The translations under genes and the position numbers were made by a program. The notes beneath the pieces were generated by a model. That model saw only the letters and a program-made list of their open reading frames with translations, was not told the DNA's origin and made no database searches. Shown piece by piece: positions 7,667 to 16,365 of a DNA stretch of 64,000 bases. Source of the stretch: Gemmatimonadaceae bacterium (GTDB lineage: Bacteria > Gemmatimonadota > Gemmatimonadetes > Gemmatimonadales > Gemmatimonadaceae); assembly GCA_045803545.1 (NCBI GenBank), contig JBJMOW010000005.1, positions 576,001 to 640,000 on the forward strand. The letters are read 5' to 3'. The stretch's first letter is position 1. Every line of letters starts with the position of its first letter.

Positions 7667-10633
7667 TTAAAACCCCAGGTTGACTGAGAACCAGAAGCTG
7701 CGACTGGGCGGGAATGGCGCTACGTCGATGTTCCGCCCAATCGGTTGGTTGCCGAAGTTGCTTACCTCCGGATCCATTCCGGTGTAGTTGGTATGCGTCC
7801 ACAGGTTTCTACCGCTGAAGCTGATGTCAGCCGTGCGCACACCACGTGCGAGTCGCGACACCATCGTCGACGGCAACTCGAATGACAGGGTGACCTCACG
7901 GAGCTTGAGGAACGACGCATCCTCGACATACATAGCCGTCTGCTTCGGGAATAACCGCAGGCGGTTGGCACCTTTCGTGGTTTGCAGTCCGCCGTACGTG
8001 ATTGGATCTGCGTAGTCAGCCGTGTTCTGGCCGAGATCGTAAAGGAATTTGGTCAGGTTGATGATGCTTCCGCCGTGCTGCCAATCGAGCAATCCATACA
8101 GGCGTGCTCGCTTGTAACGGAAATTGTTGGCGAACGACATCGTGAAATCCGGATTGGCGTCGCCGATCTTTCGCACCACGACCGATCCATCGGGAAGACT
8201 GTCGTTGCCGACGATCTGTGTCGCCGACGCGCCTTCCTCGAACTGGAACGATCCGAGTGCTGTTCCGAATCCGAGCCCGCGGAAAGTCGGCACGGGTAGC
8301 TGCACGATCTTGCTGCGAGTCGAAGCGTACCCGCTGCGGAACATCCACTCTGCGTCACCCGTTTGAATCGGGAACAGCGTGACACCGATCTCCGCGCCGG
8401 TGGTGCGCAGCTTACCACCATTGAAGTTCTCGAAGACGAACCCCGACGATGGCGGCAGTGTGCGCGTGAGTAACAAGTCCGAGATGTCCTTTCTGAAACC
8501 GGTGATCTCCAGTGCAGCTCGTCCGCCGGCGAGTGTCAGATCGGTTCCTGCCTCGAACTCACGCTGCCTCTCAGGATGCAGATTGGTCGAGCCCACCGTT
8601 CCCACCTCGGGAACTGTGAGGCCCGGTAATCCGGCGATGTTGCTGATCGCGCTCAGCGGCGTGAACTTCTGTCCGAACAGCGGTTCGTTGCCCGATTGTC
8701 CGTAGGCCGCGCGGATCTTAGCTTCGGTCACATAGCGAAACGGCTGCGGGAATCGGAACGAGCCGGAGAACTTCGGATAGTAGAAGTACTTCTCGGTATC
8801 GCTATTCGCGCTACTGCGGTCAGCGTTGATGCCGGCAGTGAGCAGCAGCCGTTCACTCAGGGTCAGAAACTCTTCCTGCGCGAACAGACCGAAGTTCTCG
8901 ACGCGCTCGCGGTCTTCCAGCACGTGCACATCCGTGCCCGCACCCACGATCGTTAAACCGCCGACCAGATTGCGGCTGACGATGCGCGAGATACGAAGGT
9001 CTCGACTCGAACCGTTGACGCCGACCGATGTCGTCGCGGTAAACGCACCGCTCTGCGGAGCCACCGTCAGGACAGCGTTCGATCCGAGATTCAGATTGAG
9101 GTTATTGCTGTTGCTGAGCAGAGCCGTGCCCGGCTCGCCGTCGTCCAGCGGCTCGAACTGCAGCTCTGGCGGGAAGATCAGGGAGTTCTCCTGGCTGAAT
9201 TGATCGGCGCCGCCGTTTAGCTCGAAGCGCAGGCTGTATGCCTGCTGCTGAATGGCGTTGAAGGTGAGTCGACCGGAAAGAATCGACCGATTCACCTTTT
9301 CGTCGTTCTTCATCAGCGCCGCTGTTTGCAGCGGATTGCTGATGGCGAACGGGTTGTTCGGATAAAGCCCCGCTGCCGGCTGCAAATTGACGAAGTTCGG
9401 CGTGAACGGCAGCACCATCCAGAAACTCACGCTGGCGTTGTCGTTATTGGTGAGCCCCCGCTGCGCCAGAGACTTGAGGACGTTCGTTTGAAGACTCAGG
9501 TTGAGTCTCTTTCCGAAATCCTGATCAAGGTTTGCACGCACCGAGCGCTTCTCGTAACCAGTGTTGTCGATGATGCCGCCATCGTTCTGCCAGAGGCCTG
9601 AGGCGAAGTAGCGGGTATCGGAATCACCGCCGCTGATGTCTACGACACTTTCACTGGAGAGCGGAGTGCGGCCAGCGAGCTCCTTCTCATGATCGTAAGT
9701 CACACCCTGCTGGTAGAAGGTCGACGCCGATGGTCCCCAGACGCCAACGGCCTCGGGCAGGCTGTTGAAGGTGCGAGATCCCAGCGTCTTCGAGACCTTC
9801 GAGAACCCGAGGCGCTGGGTAGCGTTGACCTGCCGCTCACCGGCGCGGCCGCGACGAGTAGTGATGATTACCACACCGTTTGAGGCGCGCGACCCGTAAA
9901 TCGCCGACGCCGACGCACCCTTCAACACCTCGATGTTCTCAATGTCGTTTGGGTTGATGTCGGCGATGCGGTTGACCTGGTTGTCCTGCGTCAACGATTG
10001 ATTCGACCCCTGCGTCGCCTTCGTCACCGCATTCTGGTTCGACGGAATAGCGACGTTGCTGAGAACGACGCCGTCGACGACGTAGAGCGGCTCCGACGAG
10101 CCGTTGATCGAGGTGACGCCTCTCAGCTGCATTTGCATGCCACCACCGGGCGCACCGGAGTTGGCCTGAATGGATGCGCCGACGACTTTACCTTGCAGCG
10201 CCTGCTCCACGGTCTGCGACGCAACACGCGACAAATCTTCTCCGCTGACTGTGGCGATCGCATTTGCGAGATTACGCCGCTCTACTCCTGTAGCCTGACC
10301 CGTAACAACTACGTCCGAGAGTCGAAGCGGATCACGCGTAAGCGTAATGCGAACATCGTTCTGGCCCGGAGCGACGACGACGTCGGCTGGATTGCTGCCG
10401 ATGCGTCGGATGGTGACGGTGACACCGGCCTGCGGCACGCTGCCGAGTGTAAATTGGCCGGACGCACCGGTGGTGGTGGTGAGCGCGGTACCGCGCACAG
10501 ACACTCGGGCTCCCTCGAGTGGTTGACCCGTGGAGGCATCAACGACCGTTCCTGTCACTGTGCGCGTTTGCGCAGCAGCGGGAATGGGCCCCAGCAACAA
10601 TGCGGCGGCAACCAAGGCACAACTCAAACGCAT
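7667..10633 (-). CDS. SusC/RagA family TonB-linked outer-membrane protein
   Basis: N-terminal carboxypeptidase-regulatory-like domain, PLYVVDGV, INPNDIENIEVLKGASASAIYGSRASNGVVIITT, C-terminal Phe; GGAGG RBS before ATG 10633. Confidence 0.93.
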   Translation of the reverse strand: MRLSCALVAAALLLGPIPAAAQTRTVTGTVVDASTGQPLEGARVSVRGTALTTTTGASGQFTLGSVPQAGVTVTIRRIGSNPADVVVAPGQNDVRITLTRDPLRLSDVVVTGQATGVERRNLANAIATVSGEDLSRVASQTVEQALQGKVVGASIQANSGAPGGGMQMQLRGVTSINGSSEPLYVVDGVVLSNVAIPSNQNAVTKATQGSNQSLTQDNQVNRIADINPNDIENIEVLKGASASAIYGSRASNGVVIITTRRGRAGERQVNATQRLGFSKVSKTLGSRTFNSLPEAVGVWGPSASTFYQQGVTYDHEKELAGRTPLSSESVVDISGGDSDTRYFASGLWQNDGGIIDNTGYEKRSVRANLDQDFGKRLNLSLQTNVLKSLAQRGLTNNDNASVSFWMVLPFTPNFVNLQPAAGLYPNNPFAISNPLQTAALMKNDEKVNRSILSGRLTFNAIQQQAYSLRFELNGGADQFSQENSLIFPPELQFEPLDDGEPGTALLSNSNNLNLNLGSNAVLTVAPQSGAFTATTSVGVNGSSRDLRISRIVSRNLVGGLTIVGAGTDVHVLEDRERVENFGLFAQEEFLTLSERLLLTAGINADRSSANSDTEKYFYYPKFSGSFRFPQPFRYVTEAKIRAAYGQSGNEPLFGQKFTPLSAISNIAGLPGLTVPEVGTVGSTNLHPERQREFEAGTDLTLAGGRAALEITGFRKDISDLLLTRTLPPSSGFVFENFNGGKLRTTGAEIGVTLFPIQTGDAEWMFRSGYASTRSKIVQLPVPTFRGLGFGTALGSFQFEEGASATQIVGNDSLPDGSVVVRKIGDANPDFTMSFANNFRYKRARLYGLLDWQHGGSIINLTKFLYDLGQNTADYADPITYGGLQTTKGANRLRLFPKQTAMYVEDASFLKLREVTLSFELPSTMVSRLARGVRTADISFSGRNLWTHTNYTGMDPEVSNFGNQPIGRNIDVAPFPPSRSFWFSVNLGF

Positions 10634-10891
10634 ACAGCCTCCAGTATGTTGAGAGTGACACGCTGCCAGGTGCAGCGACTTTCCCGTGACTTGTTTCACA
10701 GGTTTGGTCGCGTTGGTCTGGGTAGGGCGGGCGCTCAACCTCTACTGTCGGCTTGTTGATCTGTCAATAGAAAACTCCCCGGCCCTCACCCAGGATTGAT
10801 GAGGAGAAAACAACATCGTGGCGGCGTGACGGTTGTGACGCCGTGGGCGGCCAACTATTATGCGCAGTCCGAGAGCACAATTTCACCGGCA

Positions 10892-10965
10892 CGGGACGTA
10901 GCGCAGCCCGGTAGCGCACCTGAATGGGGTTCAGGGGGTCGCGGGTTCAAATCCCGCCGTCCCGA
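10892..10965 (+). tRNA. tRNA-Pro(GGG), integration target (attL)
   Basis: Cloverleaf CGGGACG...CGTCCCG-A; anticodon arm CCTGA-ATGGGGT-TCAGG; GGTTCAAATCC T-arm; CCA not encoded. Confidence 0.95.
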
Positions 10966-10967
10966 TT
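10923..10967 (+). repeat. attL core (45-bp direct repeat copy 1)
   Basis: AATGGGGTTCAGGGGGTCGCGGGTTCAAATCCCGCCGTCCCGATT identical to 22340-22384. Confidence 0.95.
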
Positions 10968-10999
10968 TTGTAAGTGATTGACTGCGAGTTAGATAGAAG

Positions 11000-11031
11000 G
11001 CGGGAGCCATAATCATTTAAGGCTCCCGTTT
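11000..11031 (+). terminator. element-supplied hairpin terminator downstream of tRNA-Pro
   Basis: GCGGGAGCC-loop-GGCTCCCGT followed by TT. Confidence 0.6.
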
Positions 11032-11039
11032 CTGCGTTT

Positions 11040-11059
11040 TGGTGCGATAATGGTGCGAT
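11040..11059 (+). promoter_or_regulatory. putative integrase arm-type binding sites (left)
   Basis: TGGTGCGAT-aa-TGGTGCGAT; the motif recurs as a pair near the other end (22193-22213). Confidence 0.7.
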
Positions 11060-11133
11060 TCTTTTTTTTTCTTGGCACGCACCGAATCTGGCTAAATGAA
11101 CGTGCGCGGGTTCCTCTTACCGATCCGAACGCT

Positions 11134-11736
11134 TCACCCCTCGGCTCGAATCGCCTCGGCGCTGAGAGTCAACAGAATCACCCAATTGACAAGAAGCGTG
11201 GCTGTGAGAATCACGATGAAATATTGGGGCGTCTCCGGTACGAAAAGCAAAACAACCGCGCCGACGATATATCCTAGCTGAAGGAAGAGCACAGATATAA
11301 AAGAGAAATTATTGCCACCACCCTCCTGATCTTTCGAGGCTAGGAATGTCCATGGGCCAGTCGACACTCCATATGCCCAAAGCAATACTGGAAAGATCGG
11401 CGCGTTTCGGGGATGCTTGAGAAAGAATCCAGTTATGAACACGCACCAAATCAACATGATTGCGTTTATGTAAAGCGTGCTTGCACCGGATAGAATCCGG
11501 GCTGCCCACGACCTTCCGCGCTGGACGGCGACAACTGCCGGACCAGAAAGAAGGAGAGACGGAACGAGTAGCCAACCGACGACCCAGACGGATGCAAAAA
11601 GACCCAGCAGTCCGTAGCCAAGCGCCCACCAGTCTCCCTTGATCGCTAACCAGACTCCCGCGATCAGGCCGCCAAACATGTTCACCGTAGCAATCAGCCA
11701 GCTGCACGCGGTTGCGAACCTCAGCAACGCATTCAT
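11134..11736 (-). CDS. multi-pass membrane protein (about 6 TM), element cargo
   Basis: Successive hydrophobic segments; GGAGA RBS; last gene of the cargo operon. Confidence 0.75.
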   Translation of the reverse strand: MNALLRFATACSWLIATVNMFGGLIAGVWLAIKGDWWALGYGLLGLFASVWVVGWLLVPSLLLSGPAVVAVQRGRSWAARILSGASTLYINAIMLIWCVFITGFFLKHPRNAPIFPVLLWAYGVSTGPWTFLASKDQEGGGNNFSFISVLFLQLGYIVGAVVLLFVPETPQYFIVILTATLLVNWVILLTLSAEAIRAEG

Positions 11737-11773
11737 TCAGTCTCCGGTTGTCCGTGCTGAGGACGTCCAGACT

Positions 11774-14383
11774 TTAGTTGTGTAGGAGCCCACCCATCCA
11801 CTGCCAAAGGCGCCCCCAACCGGATCTTGAGGCAACTCGACGCGATCGCGTGGGTAACCTCACGAAAGACACTTCACCGGTGGGGTAAATCAACGCGATT
11901 CTTCCAGTGAGCGAATCTTCCAGTGCGAACTGGACGTCGCCTCTTCGGAGACCTGTTTGCGCGAGTACAGGCGTCCACTCCTCCGCTGGTCGAATTGAGT
12001 TCGGCGAAATCAGCAAGACCCGACCAGCGGAGGTAACCACTAAATCGCTCGATTTAAGTACGCCGCTTGAGTCAACTCTAACGACTGCTGCCGGCTGCCC
12101 AGGCTTCCATCGGACCAGCGTGAACGGCAAGTCATCGCGGTTCCAGCATTTTCGCTCATCGCGAGGACAATACCGCACCATCGCCCAAACCTCTCCGTCC
12201 GAAATCACGTGACGCCCGAGCCAAAGCCTATTCGTCGCGCTATCGGGAAGCGGCGGAGCAATCTCTTGCTCTCCCTGAACTGCATCAATCACGAAGAAAT
12301 TCGCAAATGAGTCGATGGTTTTTGGTTCGTCAGGCATAACGTCTAGGAGGGCGGTCGAATCAGTAAGGCGGGCTAAGGTCGCCGACGACGCCCCGCGCGG
12401 ACTTGTCACTCCAATGCGGCTCCATTTGCGGGAAGCTGCATCATAGAGAGCGCCGAACACCCTGCAGGGCGGCAAAGCGCGCTGCTGCGTCGCAGACGTA
12501 CCCAACCGAGCCCAGATATCGCAATTGCTTCCGACCGCCCACCGAACAAAGAAACGTCCGGGAATTAGCGGCACTGCGTCTACATCTACTAGAGAATCGG
12601 CGGCGGTTGGAAACACGTTTGGGGGAACTGTCACAGTGTCCCACTTTTCTCGCGCCCGTGTTACAAATTGCCTCTCGCCCAAATAGGCGACTTTGCCAAC
12701 CCTGAGGTCGCCATGCACCTTCCACCAAGGAAGAGACGGCGGCCAGCTACTCGCCTCCGTCTCCACCCCAAAGTCAGTTAAAGTCGCCTTCCGCGCAGCG
12801 AATGTTGTATCTCTGTTCGAACTGCTCGCGCTATCGTTGACGAGATACTCAAGTTGCACCGCATCGTCTGCCGTGAAAGACGCGTCACTGATGTGCACAA
12901 AATTGGTTGGAATTGAATTCCAAAAGGTCTTAGATGTGGAGCTGTCGGCGAGATCCACTAGGGAAAGCCCAAACCATTGCGTCTTGGTCCAGCACGCTCC
13001 GTCGCCGGAAGGCCAATCAGACTTAGGGATACTGCAAACGACTTTACCGGCAACAAATCTGACTGTGTCGCCGTCCAGCTTACCGTAGAGCGAGTCGGCG
13101 AACAGTGCGTTCGCTTGTGTCGGTGGTCCCGGAAGTTTGTCTCGGACGAAATAGCCTTGAATTGTTTCCGGACCGGCATCCCGCCACTCCACCTCACCGG
13201 AGACCGTAACTCCGTCCCCACCAGCGAGAAATCCGGCTGGTCTGCTGCCTCCAAGCTGTGGGCCGCTCAATAGCAACCTCGCGTTAGCACCGAGGAGTTG
13301 TCGAACACGAGCCGCCGTGAAGGGAACACGCGTGACCTCCCCTGATCGGTGAATTTCGAATTCGCCGGTGAACAGATTCCTTGAAGGCGCAGAGTCCACT
13401 CTGACACGAACGTTGGGCTTTGTGTAATCGACCGTCAGCGGAAAGCTGTTGGGGATAGGCCCGCCGAATCGCCCCCATGGCTCACTCCAACTCGCGCTGT
13501 CTCCGACTCGTCCAATCAGCGAATCACGCGCAGACAAAAGATAGAACGTGAGTTTCTTCTCATCGTTGGCAGAGACCTCGTAGGAGACGCTGTAAACGCC
13601 GGGCTCTACCATTTCGGCGAGTCCGCGAACACTGCTCTGATTCGCTGGCGCCCCAACGTAGCGATTCGAGAGAAAGTCGCGTATGTGGACTGAACTAACC
13701 GCAAAGTTGAGATTCTGTCCGGACGTTAAGCCGGCTGTAGATATTCCAACTACTTTGCCCGCCTCGTCAATCACGGGTCCGCCCGAGCTGCCTGGGGACA
13801 GGGGCGCGGTTATCTGGATTACACGAACTCCGTTGATGTCTCTCAGCGAGCTGACGATCCCTTCCGAGAACGTATAAGCCAGTCCCTCAGGGTGTCCGAC
13901 CGCAAAGATTCGCGTTCCCTGGACTAGCCTGTCCTTTGTGGGGAACGAAAGCGGCACCCCTTTATATCGGACATGCAGCAAGGCAAGGTCATGGCTTTCA
14001 TCCGTACGGACGATGGCTACCGAGTCTACGAATGCGCCGTCCTGCAGCTCGACTCGAAGGCTTGTGCTGTTCTCAACCACATGGAAATTCGTGAGCACCA
14101 AACTGTCGGCTACAAAAAAGCCGCTGCCCAAGCCGCTGCCTTGGCTTCCCTTTTCGTGAATGATTACAACGCTTCGCGACGTCCTATCAGCAAGGGTAGC
14201 AGGATTTGGGTTAGTGCCCGCTCGCACAAGAAGCCAAACCACAATGACCCCGGCAGTGACGCTGAGGACAACAGTCTTCCGACTGCCGATCCAGTCGAGC
14301 AAGCGAACCAGCGGAGGTGGTTTCCGCTTTCGAGCGTAGGAAGGTATTGGTGGGGGCGTTGTGCCTTGGGCGTCACCGATCAT
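11774..14383 (-). CDS. membrane-anchored trypsin-like (S1C/Trypsin_2) serine protease with long unknown C-terminal region
   Basis: N-terminal TM; catalytic triad motifs LTNFHVV, HDLALL, SPGSSGGPV; about 620 aa C-terminal beta-rich region, no obvious PDZ. Confidence 0.85.
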   Translation of the reverse strand: MIGDAQGTTPPPIPSYARKRKPPPLVRLLDWIGSRKTVVLSVTAGVIVVWLLVRAGTNPNPATLADRTSRSVVIIHEKGSQGSGLGSGFFVADSLVLTNFHVVENSTSLRVELQDGAFVDSVAIVRTDESHDLALLHVRYKGVPLSFPTKDRLVQGTRIFAVGHPEGLAYTFSEGIVSSLRDINGVRVIQITAPLSPGSSGGPVIDEAGKVVGISTAGLTSGQNLNFAVSSVHIRDFLSNRYVGAPANQSSVRGLAEMVEPGVYSVSYEVSANDEKKLTFYLLSARDSLIGRVGDSASWSEPWGRFGGPIPNSFPLTVDYTKPNVRVRVDSAPSRNLFTGEFEIHRSGEVTRVPFTAARVRQLLGANARLLLSGPQLGGSRPAGFLAGGDGVTVSGEVEWRDAGPETIQGYFVRDKLPGPPTQANALFADSLYGKLDGDTVRFVAGKVVCSIPKSDWPSGDGACWTKTQWFGLSLVDLADSSTSKTFWNSIPTNFVHISDASFTADDAVQLEYLVNDSASSSNRDTTFAARKATLTDFGVETEASSWPPSLPWWKVHGDLRVGKVAYLGERQFVTRAREKWDTVTVPPNVFPTAADSLVDVDAVPLIPGRFFVRWAVGSNCDIWARLGTSATQQRALPPCRVFGALYDAASRKWSRIGVTSPRGASSATLARLTDSTALLDVMPDEPKTIDSFANFFVIDAVQGEQEIAPPLPDSATNRLWLGRHVISDGEVWAMVRYCPRDERKCWNRDDLPFTLVRWKPGQPAAVVRVDSSGVLKSSDLVVTSAGRVLLISPNSIRPAEEWTPVLAQTGLRRGDVQFALEDSLTGRIALIYPTGEVSFVRLPTRSRRVASRSGWGRLWQWMGGLLHN

Positions 14384-15189
14384 TTGCTACTTGATCCGAT
14401 CACCGAAATTGCGACGCACACTAAGACTACGAACACGAGTAATGCAGCACGAATGCCTGATATTTTGCCATGGGTGACCTTGTAAGACTCTCCCCGGTCA
14501 TAGCTTGTAACGCCTTTCTTTGTGAGTTCCTGGTATTGGTGAAGGACTGTAAAGAGGGAAACCAGTGGTATGCCTAAGCCCATGCCTTTGATCCAAACGT
14601 TGGTGGATCTGCGAAGGCTCTGCGAAAAGTCGAGGGAATCGCCCTCTGTGGTTGCAATTGCAATATTCAACAAGGCCTTACCTATGGTCCGCCCGCCCAA
14701 AGCAAATGAAATGGGCTCTACCAAGAAGTGGTGAATCACCACCACCCAGAAGCTGGTGACGAAGGTGTTTTCGCTCGAGAAAAATCCCGGATTTACGAAC
14801 GCGGAAACGATGCCGGCCGCAAACGCGGTCAAGTAAAAATCCAGAATTCTTGCTAGCCAGCGAGGCCAAGGATGTGGCGAATCGTCGAACTTTTCTGGAG
14901 ATACCTTCGGATTCGATACGCTTTCCGCGCTGCCGGGCTCTGACAGAGATTGGACTTTCTCCGTCGGGTTTGGTCTACCTTCGGATAAGTCTAGATCGCC
15001 CAAGCGAATCCAATCTGGCAGTCCTTCCGACCAACAAAGCGTATCGAGCTCGACCTCGCCGGCGCTGAGTCGCGCTTTCAATTGTTCGAGCGACCACGGA
15101 CCGCGCCGGCCGCCATTCTCAACGGTGTACCAAAGCGTCGGGAAATGTGTCTGGGTCGGGGTTCCGGACGGCTTTACGGAGTCGTTCAC
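14380..15189 (-). CDS. RDD family membrane protein with N-terminal GYF_2 (DUF4339)-like domain
   Basis: WY..ENGGRRGPWSLEQL..RL..GEV..DTLCWSEGLPDW; PWPRWLARILD and GRTIGKALLNI RDD motifs; ATGA overlap with the protease gene. Confidence 0.85.
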   Translation of the reverse strand: MNDSVKPSGTPTQTHFPTLWYTVENGGRRGPWSLEQLKARLSAGEVELDTLCWSEGLPDWIRLGDLDLSEGRPNPTEKVQSLSEPGSAESVSNPKVSPEKFDDSPHPWPRWLARILDFYLTAFAAGIVSAFVNPGFFSSENTFVTSFWVVVIHHFLVEPISFALGGRTIGKALLNIAIATTEGDSLDFSQSLRRSTNVWIKGMGLGIPLVSLFTVLHQYQELTKKGVTSYDRGESYKVTHGKISGIRAALLVFVVLVCVAISVIGSSSK

Positions 15190-15247
15190 GAAAGGTCCTC
15201 ACGAAGGACTCTAGAAAACGCGTCGCGTGTACACATGCACGAATCCC

Positions 15248-15685
15248 CTATGGTTTGATCGCTGGTTTACTAATTGGCGCCTTTTCAGTGGCTGTGTTGG
15301 CTGCGACGTTGGGCGGACTGACCGTTGCAAGGAAAGCGAAAATTGCAAACGCAGAGATGCCCAAGACAAAGGCCCACTTGCTTATGCTGCCTGACCGCTT
15401 TCCACGGCCAACATGCCACGGACGCTCTGGAGTCAGGTAGCTCTTTACTATCGCGGATATGGTGTCAAGCGCAGCGATAAGCGCGACTATCAGGAGGGCC
15501 CACGACAGGGCCAAAGGCACATATTCGCAGGAGCTGGCGACACGGAATTTGTCGAGAAATGCAGCGCTTAAGGCCAAAACCCCCGAAGACAACGTGATTA
15601 ACTGCTTCATCAACTCAAGGGCCGTTTCACCCGCCTCTTTGAGTTTTGGCGCAAGCGTGTCCGGCTCGGGGGCCGTCAAATCCAT
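15248..15685 (-). CDS. small 3-TM membrane protein, element cargo
   Basis: KQLITLSSGVLALS..., three hydrophobic segments; start overlaps the methyltransferase stop. Confidence 0.7.
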   Translation of the reverse strand: MDLTAPEPDTLAPKLKEAGETALELMKQLITLSSGVLALSAAFLDKFRVASSCEYVPLALSWALLIVALIAALDTISAIVKSYLTPERPWHVGRGKRSGSISKWAFVLGISAFAIFAFLATVSPPNVAANTATEKAPISKPAIKP

Positions 15686-16365
15686 GTCCCCCCGCCCTTC
15701 GAGTAAAGAAATACTTGCTCCTGTCCATTTCTACCAAGCGACCTGATTCTCTGTAGCCCGTATCTGTGCATCATCTCCTGCGTTTCCTCGCCAGTGAACT
15801 CTCGGTAGAAAGAGTGCGTAGCGCGGTCCGGCCAGCGGTAGTAGCCGTCACTCACTCGATGCTTGGCATCGCTATCGGTTATCTGATTGTACCGCGACAT
15901 GTAAAGAAGGTATGAGTCTTTGGTCATCTTCTTGGTGATGTGCCTTAGAACAAGCTCTCGCTCCGATGGTACTGGCATTACTTGGAGGACGTAAGTGAGC
16001 AGCACGGCACCGAACCGACGATTGCTGTTGATGAAATCACCAGGCCAGACCATCGGAAGGAAGTTGTGATACTTGAGCGCGATCTGGAGAAATGCCGAAC
16101 AAAAGGTCCGGCTGAAACACTCTTCGAATTCCACTGCGCAGACCGTAAAACCCTCTTCTAAGAGTGGAAGCGTGTGGCGTAGCGAACCTACGCCGAAGTC
16201 GAGAACCGTATCGATGTTCCGTTGTTTGAGGAACGGAATAAAGTCTTTGTTGAGTGACCCGTGAGGTGGCAGCGAAGCCGAGACAGAGGTAGTTACATCA
16301 ATCTTGATGTCCTTACCGGTACCACTCTTCAACGAGTAGATAGGGCTTGCCCAAATCTTGGCCAT
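15676..16365 (-). CDS. class I SAM-dependent methyltransferase-like protein
   Basis: Motif I VLDFGVGSLRH, acidic residue after beta2 (VCAVEF), VLLTYVLQVMP post-II motif. Confidence 0.75.
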   Translation of the reverse strand: MAKIWASPIYSLKSGTGKDIKIDVTTSVSASLPPHGSLNKDFIPFLKQRNIDTVLDFGVGSLRHTLPLLEEGFTVCAVEFEECFSRTFCSAFLQIALKYHNFLPMVWPGDFINSNRRFGAVLLTYVLQVMPVPSERELVLRHITKKMTKDSYLLYMSRYNQITDSDAKHRVSDGYYRWPDRATHSFYREFTGEETQEMMHRYGLQRIRSLGRNGQEQVFLYSKGGGTWI

